Below, piece by piece: positions 29,645 through 30,683 of a stretch of 30,683 nt of DNA (its first letter is position 1; the number at the start of each line of letters is the position of its first letter). Made by a program: the position numbers and the translations under genes. The stretch is from positions 1-30,683 of the forward strand of contig DAHWNL010000075.1 in assembly GCA_027339965.1 (NCBI GenBank), given 5' to 3'. The notes under the pieces were generated by a model. It worked only from the letters and a program-made list of their open reading frames with translations. It was not told the DNA's origin and did no database searches. Source of the stretch: Granulicella sp. Its GTDB lineage: Bacteria; Acidobacteriota; Terriglobia; Terriglobales; Acidobacteriaceae.

Positions 29645-30114
29645 GCCGTTCCTAAGCGAGTCGGGAGGTTTGCGAGAGTTGGGAGGATGATGAGACCCGC
29701 GAAAGACCATTTGGGTCCGGCCGGACAGAAACCTGTGTGCCGCATTTGCCTGCGCGTCTTATTCAGTCGACATCTGTTTTCTCTGCCTCCGTCGCTCCAC
29801 TCGCATCTTTGTGGCGACTCGGTCCTGAAATTCGCTCAAACAAATTGCTCCGCAACAGGGACCTTCCCGGCGCGGCCTGCCAAGGATTCCAAACCGTATT
29901 TTATTAGAGAAGCCGCGCAAAAATTGTCCTGCAGCGAAAACTTCCGTCCTGCACTTTCTGATTTGGTTTCTTCACCAGGATACCAACTGCCGTCTCGGCT
30001 CCGGTGTGAGATTGAACGCGGATCAGCATCCGCAGAGCCAATCGCGCGTCTAATCTAGAAGGAGCTCCGTCTTTTCAATCTCGTGCTGCTTGCGGCATTC
30101 CCCTTTTAGCCACC

Positions 30115-30683
30115 ATGAAGCTCACTCGCTATACTCGATTCACCGGAGATCTCTCCTCCAGCCTGGACCTTGAGGACCTACTTCAGGCCCTCTCGGACTT
30201 CCTGCTGGACTCGGGCTTTGAGGATCCCTACTCGTCCTTCTCCAATTCGGACGACTCCATGGAAAGCCTGCGCAACGCCATACGCCAAGCCCTGGAATCG
30301 GGTGAACTTCTCGATGAGGTGTCCCAGGAGCAGTTTGACCAGCTCGACCCGGAGCAGGTGGAAGACCTCATCGACAAGATCATCGAGCGCATGAAGGCGG
30401 ACGCCTATCTAAACGCGGAGGACCCATCGGACAGCCAGGGTCTCGCCGGGGAAGGCAACGGTGGCGAATCCCGCTTCGAGATCACCGCCAAAGGCCTGGA
30501 CTTTCTGGGATACAAGGCATTGCGCGACCTTCTGGGACCCTCGGGCAAGTCCTCGTTGGGCCGCCACGATACCCACCATGAAGCGGCCGGCGTGGAGACC
30601 AACGGCTCCTCCAAGCCTTATGAGTTTGGCGACAGCCTGAACCTGGACATCACAGCCACGCTCTCCAGCCTCTTCGCGCGCGA
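30115..30683 (+). CDS. Probable vWA-domain protein (Rv0959-like), N-terminal part truncated by window edge
   Basis: Open frame from ATG 30115: MKLTRYTRFTGD...LDFLGYKALRDLLG...GRHDT...KPYEFGDSLNLDITATL. This N-terminal region is typical of vWA partners of Rv0958-like ATPases. The vWA domain itself is not visible, and the ORF is not in the track. Confidence 0.8.
   Translation, partial: MKLTRYTRFTGDLSSSLDLEDLLQALSDFLLDSGFEDPYSSFSNSDDSMESLRNAIRQALESGELLDEVSQEQFDQLDPEQVEDLIDKIIERMKADAYLNAEDPSDSQGLAGEGNGGESRFEITAKGLDFLGYKALRDLLGPSGKSSLGRHDTHHEAAGVETNGSSKPYEFGDSLNLDITATLSSLFAR

Overview
GC-rich bacterial chromosome segment. Gene content and protein style suggest Acidobacteriaceae (inference). Left to right: the 3' end of an IS630-family element; a RibB fusion with a degenerate GTP cyclohydrolase II domain; a small basic hypothetical protein; a ~10 kb amino-sugar (GlcNAc) catabolic locus (GH35, GH18, nagA, GH20, DeoR regulator, glutaminase-less GlmS-like SIS protein, BadF-type kinase); a GT87 glycosyltransferase; a frameshifted SAM methyltransferase; sdaA; an accessory patch with a Ser-rich lipoprotein and a solitary Mrr nuclease; a secreted Fes-like esterase; comM/yifB; rpoZ-rho; an Rv0958-like AAA+ ATPase; a methyltransferase; an orphan DHA2 efflux pump; and the start of a probable vWA partner of the ATPase. 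No rRNA, tRNA or CRISPR array was recognised, and I see no unmistakable new system. Best leads: the transporter-less GlcNAc locus with a NagB-II-type deaminase and candidate operator repeat, five apparently leaderless genes (two back-to-back within 36 bp), the RibBX-like pseudoenzyme domain, the split AAA+/vWA pair, a REP-like repeat, and the Mrr patch. All family assignments come from motif recognition, not database searches.
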